In this document: positions 59,022-59,592 of the stretch, piece after piece | Layout: each line of letters opens with the position of its first letter | Numbering within the stretch: the stretch's first letter is position 1 | DNA from: Opitutia bacterium | GTDB lineage: Bacteria > Verrucomicrobiota > Verrucomicrobiia > Opitutales > T3Sed10-336 | Length of the DNA stretch: 59,592 nucleotides | Direction: 5' to 3' | Assembly: GCA_050506795.1 (NCBI GenBank) | Contig: JBJHCF010000030.1 | Location: forward strand, 6,145 to 65,736 | The notes under the pieces: generated by a model | Told to the model about the DNA's origin: nothing | Database searches by the model: none | What the model saw: only the letters and a program-made list of their open reading frames with translations | Made by a program: the position numbers and the translations under genes

Positions 59022-59295
59022 AAAATGCAGAACCTTCACGGCGCCTGAATATTGTGACCCCGCGAACGCCCATGGCAACGCTGCCGGGGAAATCCCTGGA
59101 TGTCGAGGCTTTGCTTCGCGGGACTCGCGACTGCACGAATCGGGCCCGGAAATCGCCTCCAACCTCCAGACAGCTCGGCGCATCCTCCAACGAATTGCCG
59201 CCGTTTGATTGCATGCACTGGCGCTGGCCGGAAGAGATTTCTCGCCTCCCTGTTTGCTGTGGGTTCCGTGGGCTGGCTTAAGCATGGCCCTCTTA

Positions 59296-59592
59296 CGTAG
59301 CTCCGTGCTTCAGCCGGAGTTTCCTTCCCGGGAACCGCCGTCCGCACACCGCACAGAACGCCCGCTGAAGCAGGGCGCTACGATTTCCCGTAGCTCCGTG
59401 CTTCAGCCGGAGTTCCCTTCCCGGGAACCGCCGTCCGCACACCGCACAAACGCCCGCTGAAGCAGGGCGCTACGATTTCCCGTAGCTCCGTGCTTCAGCC
59501 GGAGTTCCCTTCCCGGGGACCGCTGTCCGCACACCGCACAGAACGCCCGCTAAAGCAGGGCGCTACGTTTCTTGTAGCTCCGTGCTTCAGCC
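59296..59592. repeat. Tandem GTAG-type REP doublet array, about 92-93 bp period, truncated by the window end
   Basis: Units start at 59296, 59389, 59481 and about 59573: CGTAGCTCCGTGCTTCAGCCGGAG…GTCCGCACACCGCACA…CGCCCGCTGAAGCAGGGCGCTACG. Confidence 0.92.

Noticed and set aside
242..59460. Long antisense or alternate-frame ORFs (e.g. 242-1480, 7878-9389, 9762-11528, 17874-19304, 38761-40176, 52495-54138)
   Set aside because: They shadow well-supported genes and have no motifs, as expected in high-GC DNA.
59296..59592. CRISPR array
   Set aside because: The sequences between repeats are near-identical rather than unique spacers, the units are inverted doublets, and no cas genes are present.

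Overview
GC-rich bacterial contig, most consistent with Verrucomicrobiota (Opitutales-like). This is inferred from the prepilin/H-X9-DG paralogs, a secreted protein with a PVC-style 'FFRL' tail and the gene order, not from a database search. Most of the window is housekeeping and transport: recJ, secDF, yajC, speA, xth, folB/folK, an rpmI-rplT-pheS-pheT-gatC-gatA-gatB run, a DUF3450-ExbB-ExbB-ExbD-TonB-TPR locus, menD/menB, a Mn/Zn ABC transporter, a peptide ABC transporter and an LpxR-like gene. Two loci stand out. (1) A PaaX-like gene with no paa genes nearby is bracketed by 36-38 bp palindromes, and a third copy lies inside a tandem array of pilin-like genes. The palindrome arms covary and local C/G skew flips across them. 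(2) A bacillithiol-type operon has bshB1 and bshA plus a half-size BshC-like protein, behind a sodium:solute symporter and an unannotated 38-aa membrane peptide. Also present are an internally deleted VapC remnant, several families of short palindromic intergenic elements (one read in frame in a TPR gene), GTAG-type REP arrays and a likely chimeric trigger-factor fragment at the left end. No rRNA, tRNA, CRISPR array or transposase was recognised.
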